DNA from: Candidatus Eiseniibacteriota bacterium
GTDB lineage: Bacteria > Eisenbacteria > RBG-16-71-46 > SZUA-252
Length of the DNA: 64,000 bases
Direction of reading: 5' to 3'
NCBI GenBank assembly: GCA_963703225.1
Contig: OY969801.1
Location: 1,120,001-1,184,000, forward strand
Part shown: one piece after another, positions 38,226 to 49,723 of the stretch
Position numbering within the stretch: the first letter of the stretch is position 1
Layout: each line of letters begins with the position of its first letter
Notes under the pieces: generated by a model
Told to the model about the DNA's origin: nothing
Database searches by the model: none
The model's input: only the letters and a program-made list of their open reading frames with translations
Position numbers and translations under genes: made by a program

Positions 38226-39194
38226 ATGCGTCTCGTCTCCTTCTCCCCGAAGGGGGCGGGATCCTCGGCCCTCGGGCTACTCGAGGACGGTTTCGTCCTC
38301 GAGCTCAATCGCGCCGCCGCCCTTCTCGACGTTCCGGACGCCGGTCCCACGCTGCTCGCCTCCATGGAGTCACTCCTCACCGACTGGGATCATGGCTTGG
38401 CCGTGGCACGAGAGACCATGGCCCGCGCCGCGGGGGCTTCGTCCCAGGCACGCGAGCGTCTGGCCGTCGCCCGCCACCCGACGGACGCGGTGGCGATCCA
38501 TCCCCCGGTGCGCCGTCCGCCCAGCATCCGTGACTTCTATTCCTTCGAAACCCACGTCCGAAACGCGCGCGCCCGCCGCGGGCTCCCCGTTCCGCCGGAA
38601 TGGTACGAGTTCCCGGTCTTCTACTTCTCCAATCCCGGCGCCCTGGTGGGGCACGGCGAGACGGTTCACAAGCCAGCCTGGACCGACGCGCTCGACTACG
38701 AGCTGGAGATCGCCTGCGTGATCGGGAAGGAGGCGCGGGACGTGCGCGCCGAGGATTGGCGATCGGTGGTCGCGGGCTTCACCATCCTCAACGATTGGAG
38801 CGCGCGGGACGTTCAGCGCCGGGAGATGGCGGTGGGGCTGGGACCGGCCAAGGGGAAGGATTTCGCCACGTCTCTCGGCCCGGCCCTGGTGACGCAGGAC
38901 GAGCTGGAGCCGCGCCGCCAAGGCGATCGGCACGACCTCAAGATGGAAGCGCGCGTGAACGGGCGGACTCTCTCGTCGGCCAACGCCCGTGATATGCACT
39001 ACACGTTCGGCCAGATGATTGCGAGGGCCTCGCAGGACGTGTATCTTTTTCCGGGAGACGTGATCGGCTCCGGGACGGCGGGGGGTGGATGCCTCCTCGA
39101 GCTGGGGCCGGAAGTCCACCGCTGGCTACAGCAAGGCGACGAGGTAACGCTCGAAATCGAGCTGCTCGGCGCCTTGACCAATCGAATCGTTTGA
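38226..39194 (+). CDS. Fumarylacetoacetate hydrolase family protein
   Basis: RDFYSFETH, DYELE, NDWSARDVQ, KGKDF, GSGT; operon context. Confidence 0.9.
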   Translation: MRLVSFSPKGAGSSALGLLEDGFVLELNRAAALLDVPDAGPTLLASMESLLTDWDHGLAVARETMARAAGASSQARERLAVARHPTDAVAIHPPVRRPPSIRDFYSFETHVRNARARRGLPVPPEWYEFPVFYFSNPGALVGHGETVHKPAWTDALDYELEIACVIGKEARDVRAEDWRSVVAGFTILNDWSARDVQRREMAVGLGPAKGKDFATSLGPALVTQDELEPRRQGDRHDLKMEARVNGRTLSSANARDMHYTFGQMIARASQDVYLFPGDVIGSGTAGGGCLLELGPEVHRWLQQGDEVTLEIELLGALTNRIV

Positions 39195-39216
39195 GTTCCC
39201 GCGAGAGGTAAACCGT

Positions 39217-40407
39217 ATGCCGATGTACTTCAGCCTGGGACAGGTTCCGCACAAGCGGCACACCCAATTCCGGCGTCCCGACGGAAAGCTCTACACCGAG
39301 CAGCTGATGGGATCCCGGGGCTTTACCGGGCGCTCGTCGCTGATCTACCACCACAACATGCCCACCCAGGTCCGCGAGATCCGGAAGATCCAGGACTGCC
39401 GGGTGGAATACGCGGACGAGCAGGGGCTTCGCCACTACCACTTCAAGACGAAGGATCTCAAGAAGAGCGGCGACCCGGTCAGCGGCCGCGTGGTCCTGCT
39501 CCACAACAACGACGTCTCCATGGCGATCGCGGTCCCCGATCAGAAGATGTCCTACTTCTACCGCAACGGCCAGGGCGACGATCTCTACTACATCCACGAC
39601 GGCACCGGAAGAATCCAGACGATCTTCGGGGAGCTTCACTACAGACCCGGGGATTATGTCGTCATTCCCCGCGGCACATCCTACATGTTCCATCCCGACG
39701 CGGGACCGCAGCGCTACCTGGTGATCGAATCGGTCTCCTCGATCGAAAGCCCGAAGCGCTACCGAAACGAATACGGCCAGCTCCTCGAGCACGCCCCGTA
39801 CTCGGAGCGCGATCTGCGGCGGCCGGAGCGGCTGGAAACGTTCACGGACCGCGGGAAGTTCGAGGTTCGGATCAAGGCGCGAAACCAGATCACGGCGTAC
39901 GAGTTCGAGTTTCATCCTCTCGACGTCGTCGGCTGGGACGGCTTCCTCTATCCCTACATCTTCAACATCGAGGACTTCGAGCCGATCACGGGCCGGATCC
40001 ACATGCCGCCGCCGACCCATCAGTGCTTCGAGGGACGGAACTTCGTGGTCTGCTCCTTCGTGCCGCGGATGTACGACTACCATCCGCTCTCGATCCCGGT
40101 CCCGTACAACCACTCCAACGTCGACTCCGACGAGGTGCTCTACTACGTGAACGGCAATTTCATGAGCCGGCGGGGCATCGAGGTCGGATCGTTCACGCTC
40201 CACCCCTCGGGAATCCCGCACGGGCCTCACCCGGGCGCCACGGAGGCTTCGCTGGGAGCCAAGGAGACGAAGGAGCTCGCGGTGATGCTGGATACGTTCT
40301 ACCCGCTCAACGTCACCAAGGACGCGGCCCCCTACGACGATGCCGCGTATCCGTACTCGTGGCTCGAGCCGGCGGGGAAGTTCACCGGCGAGGGCGCGAC
40401 CGGGTGA
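39217..40407 (+). CDS. hmgA: Homogentisate 1,2-dioxygenase
   Basis: PHKRHTQFR, DVVGWDG, PYNHSNVDSDE, LHPSGIPHGP. Confidence 0.95.
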   Translation: MPMYFSLGQVPHKRHTQFRRPDGKLYTEQLMGSRGFTGRSSLIYHHNMPTQVREIRKIQDCRVEYADEQGLRHYHFKTKDLKKSGDPVSGRVVLLHNNDVSMAIAVPDQKMSYFYRNGQGDDLYYIHDGTGRIQTIFGELHYRPGDYVVIPRGTSYMFHPDAGPQRYLVIESVSSIESPKRYRNEYGQLLEHAPYSERDLRRPERLETFTDRGKFEVRIKARNQITAYEFEFHPLDVVGWDGFLYPYIFNIEDFEPITGRIHMPPPTHQCFEGRNFVVCSFVPRMYDYHPLSIPVPYNHSNVDSDEVLYYVNGNFMSRRGIEVGSFTLHPSGIPHGPHPGATEASLGAKETKELAVMLDTFYPLNVTKDAAPYDDAAYPYSWLEPAGKFTGEGATG

Positions 40408-40417
40408 CGGTCTAGCG

Positions 40418-41071
40418 GTGGGCGGCCCCGAGACCGGCGCGTTCCGAGACGTCGACCCGGCGACCGTACCGCCCGGAGAGTTCTACTCGCTCTTGACCGG
40501 CTGCGTGGTCCCGCGGCCGATCGCGTTCGTCTCCTCCCTCTCCAAGACAGGCATCGCGAACTTAGCACCGTTCTCCTTCTTCAACGCGGGCGGCGCCAAC
40601 CCGCCGTCCCTGGTCTTCATGCCGGTCACCGGCGGCACGGGTCGCGACAAGGACACCCTCCACAACGTGCGGGAGACCGGGGAGTACGTCATCCACCTGG
40701 TCCCCTGGGCCATCCGCGAGCGGATGAACGTCGCGTCGGCCGAGTTTCCACCCGAGGTGGACGAGTTCGAGGTGGCCGGATTCACGAAGGTGGCCAGCAC
40801 GAGGGTGAAACCGTGGCGGGTGTTGGAGTCGCCGATCGCGCTCGAGTGCAAGTTGTTCCGGATCGTCGAGCACGGATCGGGGCCCTATCACGCGAACTAC
40901 GTGATCGGGGAAGTGGTCTATCTTCACCTCGCGGAAGCCGTCATGACCGGAACCCGCGTCGACGCGGCCAAGCTGGATGCGATCGCCCGTCTGGGGGGGC
41001 CCTACTACACGCGGGTCACGCGAGAATCGATCTTCAGCCTGCCGCGCCCGGTCTTACCCCCGGCGAAGTAG
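40418..41071 (+). CDS. Flavin reductase-like (split-barrel) protein
   Basis: VVPRPIAFVSS, NLAPFSFFN, KDT, IARLGG; GTG start inferred. Confidence 0.85.
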   Translation: MGGPETGAFRDVDPATVPPGEFYSLLTGCVVPRPIAFVSSLSKTGIANLAPFSFFNAGGANPPSLVFMPVTGGTGRDKDTLHNVRETGEYVIHLVPWAIRERMNVASAEFPPEVDEFEVAGFTKVASTRVKPWRVLESPIALECKLFRIVEHGSGPYHANYVIGEVVYLHLAEAVMTGTRVDAAKLDAIARLGGPYYTRVTRESIFSLPRPVLPPAK

Positions 41072-41075
41072 TCGG

Positions 41076-42368
41076 TCAGCTCCGCGCCGCGACGTTCGCC
41101 GCGCTGCCCCGCGCGGACCTGAGGGCCGAAACGAGCGCGACCATCCGCTTCAAACCTTCGCTCAACTCCGCGTCGGAGACGCAGAACGCGATCCGGACGC
41201 GCGTCCTGGCCTTGGGGTGGATCGGGAAATCGGGAGCGCCCATCGCCGTCATCTCCCCGATCGGAAGTCCGTCCGGCCCGAACTGAGGGGCGAGGGCGAA
41301 ACCCGAAGCGGGCGCCACCGCGACGCGATGCTCTTGAAGCAGACGGACCGCGAATTCATCGGCGCTCAGTCCCGTCGATTCGACGTCGGCCAGAATGTAG
41401 AACGCCCCCTCCGGCGTGTAGTCGACGAGCCCGGCGGGACGCAGGATGGAAATCGCCAGGTCGCGCCGCCGGCGGTAGGCGTCGCGCATGGTCGTGATCG
41501 AGGCGTCGTCCGGAAGCGCCGCCAGGCCGCCCCACTGGATCGGCGTCGCGGTGCTTGCCACGATCGGCTCCTGGATCTTTCGGAGGATGGTGGCGACGAG
41601 CTGGCTGGGCGCCGCGATGTAGCCGAGGCGGAATCCGGTCATCGCGTACGATTTGGAGAAGGTGTAGAGCGAAAATACCCGCCGCTCGGGGTCCGGGAGG
41701 TCCCGCTCGAAGGAACCCGGCGAGACGTGTTTCGCGTCGAAGACGATGTCCTCGTAGGCTTCGTCGCTGATGACCCAGAGGTCGCGCTCGCGCGCGACCG
41801 CGTAGAGGGCGCGGAGCGTCGCTTCGGGAATCACCGCGCCGGTCGGATTGCTCGGGCTGTTGATCAAGATCGCCTTCGTCCGCGGCGTCACGGCCCGGCG
41901 CACCCCCTCGACGTCCGGCTGATAGCCCGTGCCGAGCGGGTAGAAGATCGGCTTCGCGCTCGCGAGGAGTGCCTGTTGAACGTAGTTCGGCCAGTAGATC
42001 TCGGGAAGCAGGATTTCGTCCCCGGGGTGGAGCGCGATTTCCATGGATGCCATGAGGGCTTCCGTCGACCCCGGCGTGATCACGATCTGCTCGGTGGTCG
42101 CGGCGATTCCGTTTCGCCGGGTCACCTTCTCGGCCAGGGCCGTGCGCAAGCTCTGGATCCCGACGCTCGGCGGGTAGTGGGTCTTTCCCTCTCGCATGGC
42201 GCGCGCGGTCGCCTCGATCACGGCTTCGGGAGGGGCAAAATCGGGGTCGCCGACGTGGAGCCGTATGACGGGGCCGCCGCCCGCGCGCTCCAACTCGTCG
42301 GCGAGGCGGAACATGACCCGGATGGGTGAGAACGGGATCAGCTGACTGCGTCTCGACGGACGGGGCAC
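41076..42368 (-). CDS. PLP-dependent class I/II aminotransferase
   Basis: GDPDF, NSPSNPTG, SDEAY, TFSKSYAMTGFRLGY; GTG start inferred. Confidence 0.9.
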   Translation of the reverse strand: MPRPSRRSQLIPFSPIRVMFRLADELERAGGGPVIRLHVGDPDFAPPEAVIEATARAMREGKTHYPPSVGIQSLRTALAEKVTRRNGIAATTEQIVITPGSTEALMASMEIALHPGDEILLPEIYWPNYVQQALLASAKPIFYPLGTGYQPDVEGVRRAVTPRTKAILINSPSNPTGAVIPEATLRALYAVARERDLWVISDEAYEDIVFDAKHVSPGSFERDLPDPERRVFSLYTFSKSYAMTGFRLGYIAAPSQLVATILRKIQEPIVASTATPIQWGGLAALPDDASITTMRDAYRRRRDLAISILRPAGLVDYTPEGAFYILADVESTGLSADEFAVRLLQEHRVAVAPASGFALAPQFGPDGLPIGEMTAMGAPDFPIHPKARTRVRIAFCVSDAELSEGLKRMVALVSALRSARGSAANVAARS

Positions 42369-42567
42369 GTTGTCTCCTTTCGGCGGTCGCCCTGGGACGG
42401 AACGCGGATGATACCCAAGGCCGAGGGTCGAGTCTCCACCCGTTCTCCGCACCGCACCCATGGCGTCACGGTGCCGGTCTTCTTGCAGGCCCAGGAACCC
42501 TCTGGTAGGCTTGACGATGGTACGAGATGAGTAGCCGTCGCCGTCTTAGTCCATGGGGAGGAGCCGA

Positions 42568-42997
42568 ATGAGGATGTACAAGGCAGCCATCGCGGGGGCG
42601 TTGATCCTCGCGTGCGCCGTCGTCGTGGCGAACGCGCAGGACAAGGACGCAACGAAGCCCAAGGACGCTCCGGCGGCCACGAGCGCGGGGCCCCGCTCGA
42701 TCATCGGCGAGGTGATCGACCCCGCAGTGCTGGGTCATCAACGGCGCCAAGGGCGAGGCGCACAAGGAATGCGCGATCGCCTGCGCCAAGGCGGGGCAGA
42801 CCCTCGCGATCCTCGAGCGGAAGACCAACAAGGTCTACATTCTGGCCTCCGATCGGCCGGGCGAGGATCCCAACAAGGCCGTGATCGACTTTGTCGCCCA
42901 GGCCGTGCTCGTGAAGGGCAAGGTCTACTCGCGCGGCGGGCTCCTGGCCATCCAGGTCGCCTCCGTGGAGCCGGCGCCCAAGGCGACCCCGAAATAG
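42568..42997 (+). CDS. Small exported Cys/His-motif protein, +1 frameshift near 42726
   Basis: GGAGGAG RBS and signal peptide. Corrected reading: GEVIDPACWVINGAKGEAHKECAIACAKAGQTLAIL…VKGKVYSRGGLLAIQV…*. Confidence 0.7.
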
Positions 42998-43024
42998 CCG
43001 GAACATCGCCGGGAGGATTTACGG

Positions 43025-43505
43025 ATGACATCGATGCGCCTCAACAAAACGTTCCTCATCCTTCTGACCGTATTCCTCGCGGCGGTGGGTGCGACGGAGA
43101 GCGACGCGCCCGCCGAGAAGACCACCCCCGCCAGCCACGAAGGGCACGGGGCGCCCGCGGGCGAGGCGAAAGGGTCGGGGGCCATGGTCAAGGGCGAGGT
43201 CATGACGATCACCGGTGAGGTGATGGATCCCGCCTGCTTCCTCGAGGCCGGTCCCAAGTCGATCGGACCGGGCCACTTCCAGTGCGCGATCGACTGCGCG
43301 CGTTCCGGGCAGACGCTCGCGATCTACGACCGGGCGCAGCGACCGCATCTACTTCATCGCGGGGGAGCTTCCGGGAAGAAACCCGAATGATCCGGTCATC
43401 AACTTCGTCCACAAGAAGGTCGACGTGACGGGAGTGGTCTACCATCGCTCCGAGGCCTGGGGCATCGTGATCACAAAAGTGGTGCTGCACAAAGAGAAGG
43501 GCTAG
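43025..43505 (+). CDS. Paralogous exported Cys/His-motif protein, +1 frameshift near 43340
   Basis: Signal peptide; GEVMDPACFLE…GHFQCAIDCARSGQTLAIY, continuing in the shifted frame as DRIYFIAGELPGRNPN…VTGVVY…*. Confidence 0.7.
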
Positions 43506-43538
43506 CCTCGCGGTGCGCCGGGAGGAGCCCGTCCGACC

Positions 43539-45368
<1,830 letters not shown>

Positions 45369-45377
45369 AACGCGAAA

Positions 45378-45401
45378 CGGCCCGGGGGTGAGCCCGGGCC
45401 G
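45378..45401. terminator. Hairpin between convergent genes
   Basis: CGGCCCGGG-N6-CCCGGGCCG, followed by TTTC on the minus strand. Confidence 0.5.
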
Positions 45402-45428
45402 CGGGGATCGCGCTGCTTTGGAGCGTTC

Positions 45429-45977
45429 CTAGGGCGTGACGTCCGTGTCGCCGAAGTCGCCGATCTGAACCGTCAGGGCCGCGTCCGCGAAGACCGGGTC
45501 CCCGTTGTTCGAGCCGTTGATGTAGTTGTAGCCGGTGAAGTGGATCCGGGCGATGGTCGTGACGGTCCCGCTGATCGCGAGAGCGCCTTTCTCGCCGGAG
45601 TCGCTCAGCGTGATCGTGCCGTCCACGGTCTGACCAGACTGGACGCGGAGGTTCAACCCGCCGGTCACCGGCGAGAAGATTGCGTTGTCGTAGGTGACCG
45701 TGTAGCCGGTCACGACGATCTGGGAGAACGGAGTGTTGGGCTCCAGGGGAACTCCGCCGCCGTTCGGGATGTTGCCGAGGGTCACCTTCACCTGGTCGAC
45801 CGGAATGAACGGGTTCAGCGGATCTACCACGTTGATCAAATCGCTGAAAAAGGAATTGCCCTCGTTCACGGTCACCACCGTCAGGGTGTTCCGCGAAGAT
45901 TCGTCGGTGCAGCCGGTCATCCCGACCGCCGCAGCGACTACCAGCACAGCCAGCGCGAACCGCATCACCGTCTTCAT
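45429..45977 (-). CDS. Hypothetical beta-rich lipoprotein
   Basis: AAGGAG RBS; MKTVMRFALAVLVVAAAVGMTG|C signal; beta-strand-rich body. Confidence 0.75.
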   Translation of the reverse strand: MKTVMRFALAVLVVAAAVGMTGCTDESSRNTLTVVTVNEGNSFFSDLINVVDPLNPFIPVDQVKVTLGNIPNGGGVPLEPNTPFSQIVVTGYTVTYDNAIFSPVTGGLNLRVQSGQTVDGTITLSDSGEKGALAISGTVTTIARIHFTGYNYINGSNNGDPVFADAALTVQIGDFGDTDVTP

Positions 45978-46055
45978 GTCGGTCTCCTTGGGCATTCGCG
46001 ATCCCCATCGCATGTCACTTGGCTGAATTCAGATAGACAATCCCGAGGCGTGAAA

Positions 46056-46071
46056 AGCAAGGGACATGCCA
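46056..46071 (-). promoter_or_regulatory. Putative sigma54 promoter
   Basis: Minus strand TGGCATGTCCCTTGCT closely matches TGGCAC-N5-TTGCW. Confidence 0.7.
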
Positions 46072-46147
46072 CGCCGCTGCAATTCGGAGAATCAGCCTAG
46101 AAGGTTGGGATTGTGGGGCCTGGAGGCGAGACGCGGGGTTGGCTTCG

Positions 46148-46190
46148 AAACAAAAGGGCGGGCGCCGTGCAATTTGCACGCGCGCCCGCC
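46148..46190 (-). terminator. Rho-independent terminator of sod
   Basis: Long GC stem GGCGGGCGC…GCGCCCGCC, followed on the minus strand by CTTTTGTTT. Confidence 0.7.
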
Positions 46191-46210
46191 GGGCTGCAAT
46201 GATGCAACGT

Positions 46211-46822
46211 CTACTTCCTGGCCATCGCCATCTGGGTCGTCGCCATGTATCGGCGGTTCACCTCGTTCCAGTTCACGACCCGGAGGAAGGCCTCGACGTA
46301 GGCCTTCCGGTCGCTGCCGTAGTCGATGAAGTAGGAGTGCTCGTAGGTATCGCAGTTCAGCACCGGGAACGTGCCCCAGACCCCGCCCTGGTTCTGCGCG
46401 TCGCCGATGAAGTTGTGGAGCCGGCCATCGGTCGGGTCGAATGCCAGGACCACCCATCCCCGCGCGCACATCGCGGAGGCTTTGAAATCCTCCTCCCAGG
46501 CCGCGAAGGTGCCGAAGTCCTCCTTGATCTTGTCGACGACCTCGCCCTTCGGCTGGCCGTCGCCGCCCATGATCGAGAAGTAGATCTCGTGGAGGATCTG
46601 CCCGTTGGCGGCGAAGGTCTCCTCGTGCTTCAGGCCGCGGATCTCGCTGTAGATCTGGTTGGCCTTGCTTCGGTCCACCTTCGCGAGGGTCTCTTCGATT
46701 TCATTCCGCTTGTTGACGTAGCCGGCGTAGAGCTTGTCGTGGTGGATCTCCATCGTTTTCGCCCCGATCCCCTTGATCGCGTCGTTCGCATAGGGGAGAG
46801 GCTTGACGGCGTGCTTCGGCAT
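46211..46822 (-). CDS. Fe/Mn superoxide dismutase family protein
   Basis: HHDKLYAGYV, NGQILHEIYF, DTYEHSYFIDY; AGGAG RBS. Confidence 0.9.
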   Translation of the reverse strand: MPKHAVKPLPYANDAIKGIGAKTMEIHHDKLYAGYVNKRNEIEETLAKVDRSKANQIYSEIRGLKHEETFAANGQILHEIYFSIMGGDGQPKGEVVDKIKEDFGTFAAWEEDFKASAMCARGWVVLAFDPTDGRLHNFIGDAQNQGGVWGTFPVLNCDTYEHSYFIDYGSDRKAYVEAFLRVVNWNEVNRRYMATTQMAMARK

Positions 46823-46962
46823 GGCGGTGGTCTCCTTTCGCCTCGACCGAGTGTTCGGATCCGGTCTCGTACCGGAATCCGGTTGAGTTTTTGGAGTAGG
46901 CCCCGATTCTATCAGATGCGCCGGGAGGCCTCCGGGATGCCTCCGAGCGGCCGTCCCGCCGT

Positions 46963-49633
46963 CTAGGCCGGTATCCGTTTGACGATCGACTCGACCCGAA
47001 ACCGCCGCGCCCCGTCGGGCAGCTCGAGCGACACCTCGCTCCCCACCCGCATCCCGAGGAGCGGCCTGGCGAGGGGAGCCCTGTAGGAGAGGACGCCGGG
47101 AGCCAAGCCACTATCCCCCTCTCCGAGAATCCAGTAGGTGATCGGGGAGCCCCCACCCTCGAGCGGCGCGAGCACGGCCTCCGTTCCCACGCCGATCCGA
47201 GAGTCGTCGATCTCGATGGTATCGAGGAGCTTCGTCCGCTCGAGCGTCCCGAGCAATTCTTGGAGTCGGGTCGCCGCGTTCGCCTGACGGTGCTTGGCGG
47301 CCTCGTACTCGGCGTTCTCCCGAAGATCGCCGAGCTGCCGCGCCTTCTCGATCGCGGCCGGGATGACGGTCTTGAGGTCGAGCGAGAGCTTCTTCAGCTC
47401 GGCCTCGAGGCGCTCGTAGGTCGGGCGCGACATGATCGTGAACCGCGTGTCGAGATCTTCGGTGCTTCTTCCCTCCAGCAAGCTCTGGGTGCGCTCCTTG
47501 CGGCGCTCTTCGTAGGCGTGCGCCACCCTGTCGAGGCCGATCGAGCGAAGAAAATCGAGGATGGGGGGGAGCCGCCGCTCGCTCCCGGCCCAGGAGAGGA
47601 TCGAGCTTTCGATCTGGGCCTTCAGCTCCTCGCCGGGCGGCGTCGATGCAAGACGGGTCCGTAGCGGGCCCCCTTCGCCGATGAGCGCGAGCAGCCGTTC
47701 CGGAACGCCATCGGGGAGATCCCGCTCCAGAAGCCGGATCGAGCCGATGACGAGCGCGTCGGTTGTCGGTGCGTCCGGATCCTCCGGGTTGGCCACGAAG
47801 TGCTCGATCAGACGCGCCGCCAGGGACGGAGCCTCGACGCCGCGGGAGATCCGCTGCTCCACGGCGCGGGAGAAGCGCCCGCCCATGATCTCGCGGAGAC
47901 GCGCCCGCCCGCGCTCGCGCAGGCGCGGGAGCCGGCTCTCGACCGCCCTCCAGAGAAACTCCTCTTCGTTCGGCGATCCCGCCGCGAGGTCGAGAAGCTG
48001 ATCCTGGCTCGCGCCGAGGGGGAGCGAGTCAGGCCCCAGTCCTTCCGCGATGAGCGAATCGAGAATTTCTCCACCCGCATTGGGGTCCAGCGCGCCCCAG
48101 GTGAGCGCGTGGCAGACCGCCTGCGCCCGCGTTGCCGGATCGAGGCTTTCATCCGCCGCCCAGCGTCGGACGAAGGGGGCCGCGTACTCCGCGATGCGAG
48201 CTTCGTCCTCGGGGTGCTCGCGGAGGAACTTTCGGATGAGCCCCAGGCCCGCCACGGCGGCGCGGGGGGTCAGCTGCGGAACGGTCGAACCCGCCGACTC
48301 GGCGCCGTCCACCGCGAGGCGGTAGATCTGTCGATAGCCTTCGCTCATGTCGAGGCGGCGGTCGGTCTTGAGCTGCTCCTTGGCGCGCCGCCAGAAACTA
48401 CTCCACTCGAAATCCGGAAGCGCGGTCTCGAGCCGGGGCTTGAGCTGCGCCGGCGGTCGCGGTTCCGCCGATGTCGCGGAGCGCCCGCACGAGCACCTCG
48501 GGATCTCCGGCCTCGGCGATCGTCCGGAGCCGCGGGGCGTCCTCGATCGCCAGAACCCTGAGGCCGTCGTCGGCGAGCCGATCGAGAGACCGGGAGGCCA
48601 TCGCGAACGACATCTTGTGTCCTTCGCGACTGGGGAAGGACAGGGTTACGCTCTCGCCATCGCTCGCCCTGACCCGGCCGAGGCCCCAGGTCGTGTGCAA
48701 CACGTGCGCACCGGGCGGGAGCGCCAAAATCTTAGGGAGCCGGACGCCAACTTCGTCGATCGGGACCGCGGGGTCCGCGATCCCCGAGCCTTCGAGGATC
48801 GCGTCGGGCTCGGGCTGGCGCGCCACCACGACGCGAAGGTAGCGGGCGAGCAGGCCGCGGGCGGCAGGCGTGTTCGGGCTTCGCGGAGCCACCAAGGCCA
48901 GATCTTCCCACGAAAGCAGCCCGGCCGCGCGCGCCTCTAACTCGGGGAGCGCGAGGTCGAGGACCGGCTCCGCATCGCCCCACGCCGCGAGGCTCGCGAA
49001 CCGGAGGACGATCCGCCCAACCCGCGCCGGGAAATGCTCCAGATCCTCGTCGATCGCCCGGAGCAGCTCGTCGGAGGCACGCTCCGGCCGCCCCAGCTCC
49101 AGATAGAGCTCGACGGCGCGAAGTCTGTGCTCCCGAGCGTCGGAGATGTCGCCACTCCGTTCGAGAGCGGGGGAGATCTCGGCGTGGAGCTCGGGATCGG
49201 CCGGGCGGATCTCGATGGCCTCCCGCAAGAGCGCGATCCGGGCTTCCTCCTTCGTCTCGCCGCGGGCTAGATACTGCAGGAATCGGACCGCCGCGCTGGT
49301 CGGCTCGGGATCCCGGAACCGATCGAGGAGCAGTCTCACTCCGCTCCGATCACCGCTCGCGACGAGCTTGTCGGCGACCACCTCGAGCGCTTCGAGCGCG
49401 AGAGGCTGTTCCTCCAACCCTTCGCGCAAGAGCCCGGTCAGAAGGAGGAGATCCCACCGCTTTCGGCGCGCGGGCTCCTGCTCGACCAGCTTGAGCGCTG
49501 CCTCGGCCTTGCCCTCGGTCAAGAGGCGGCGCGCGAGGGTTTCGGTTTCCTCCCAGCGAGGGTCGCTGGATGACGCGGGCGGCTCGTCGAGCTTGACCGC
49601 GCCCAGGTAGCGGCGGAACTCGGCGTCCATCAT
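46963..49633 (-). CDS. greA: Large GreA/GreB-domain protein (~889 aa), +1 frameshift near 48451
   Basis: C-terminal ARQLGDLRENAEYEAAK and SYRAPLARPLLG. The junction reads through as …TAAQLKPRLETALPDFEWSSFWRRAKEQLKTD…; helical/TPR-like N-terminus. Confidence 0.8.
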
Positions 49634-49723
49634 GTCCGGTTGGTCTCCAAGCCGTTCAGCATAACGCATCGCGGCTCGGCTCGTGTAGGCTCCTCGTTCG
49701 GTCCGCTGTTCGCCCGCGACTGA

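Noticed and set aside
46166..46180. Palindrome CGTGCAATTTGCACG as an enhancer site for the sigma54 promoter
   Set aside because: It is the top of the sod terminator hairpin and is explained by that, though a dual role is not excluded.
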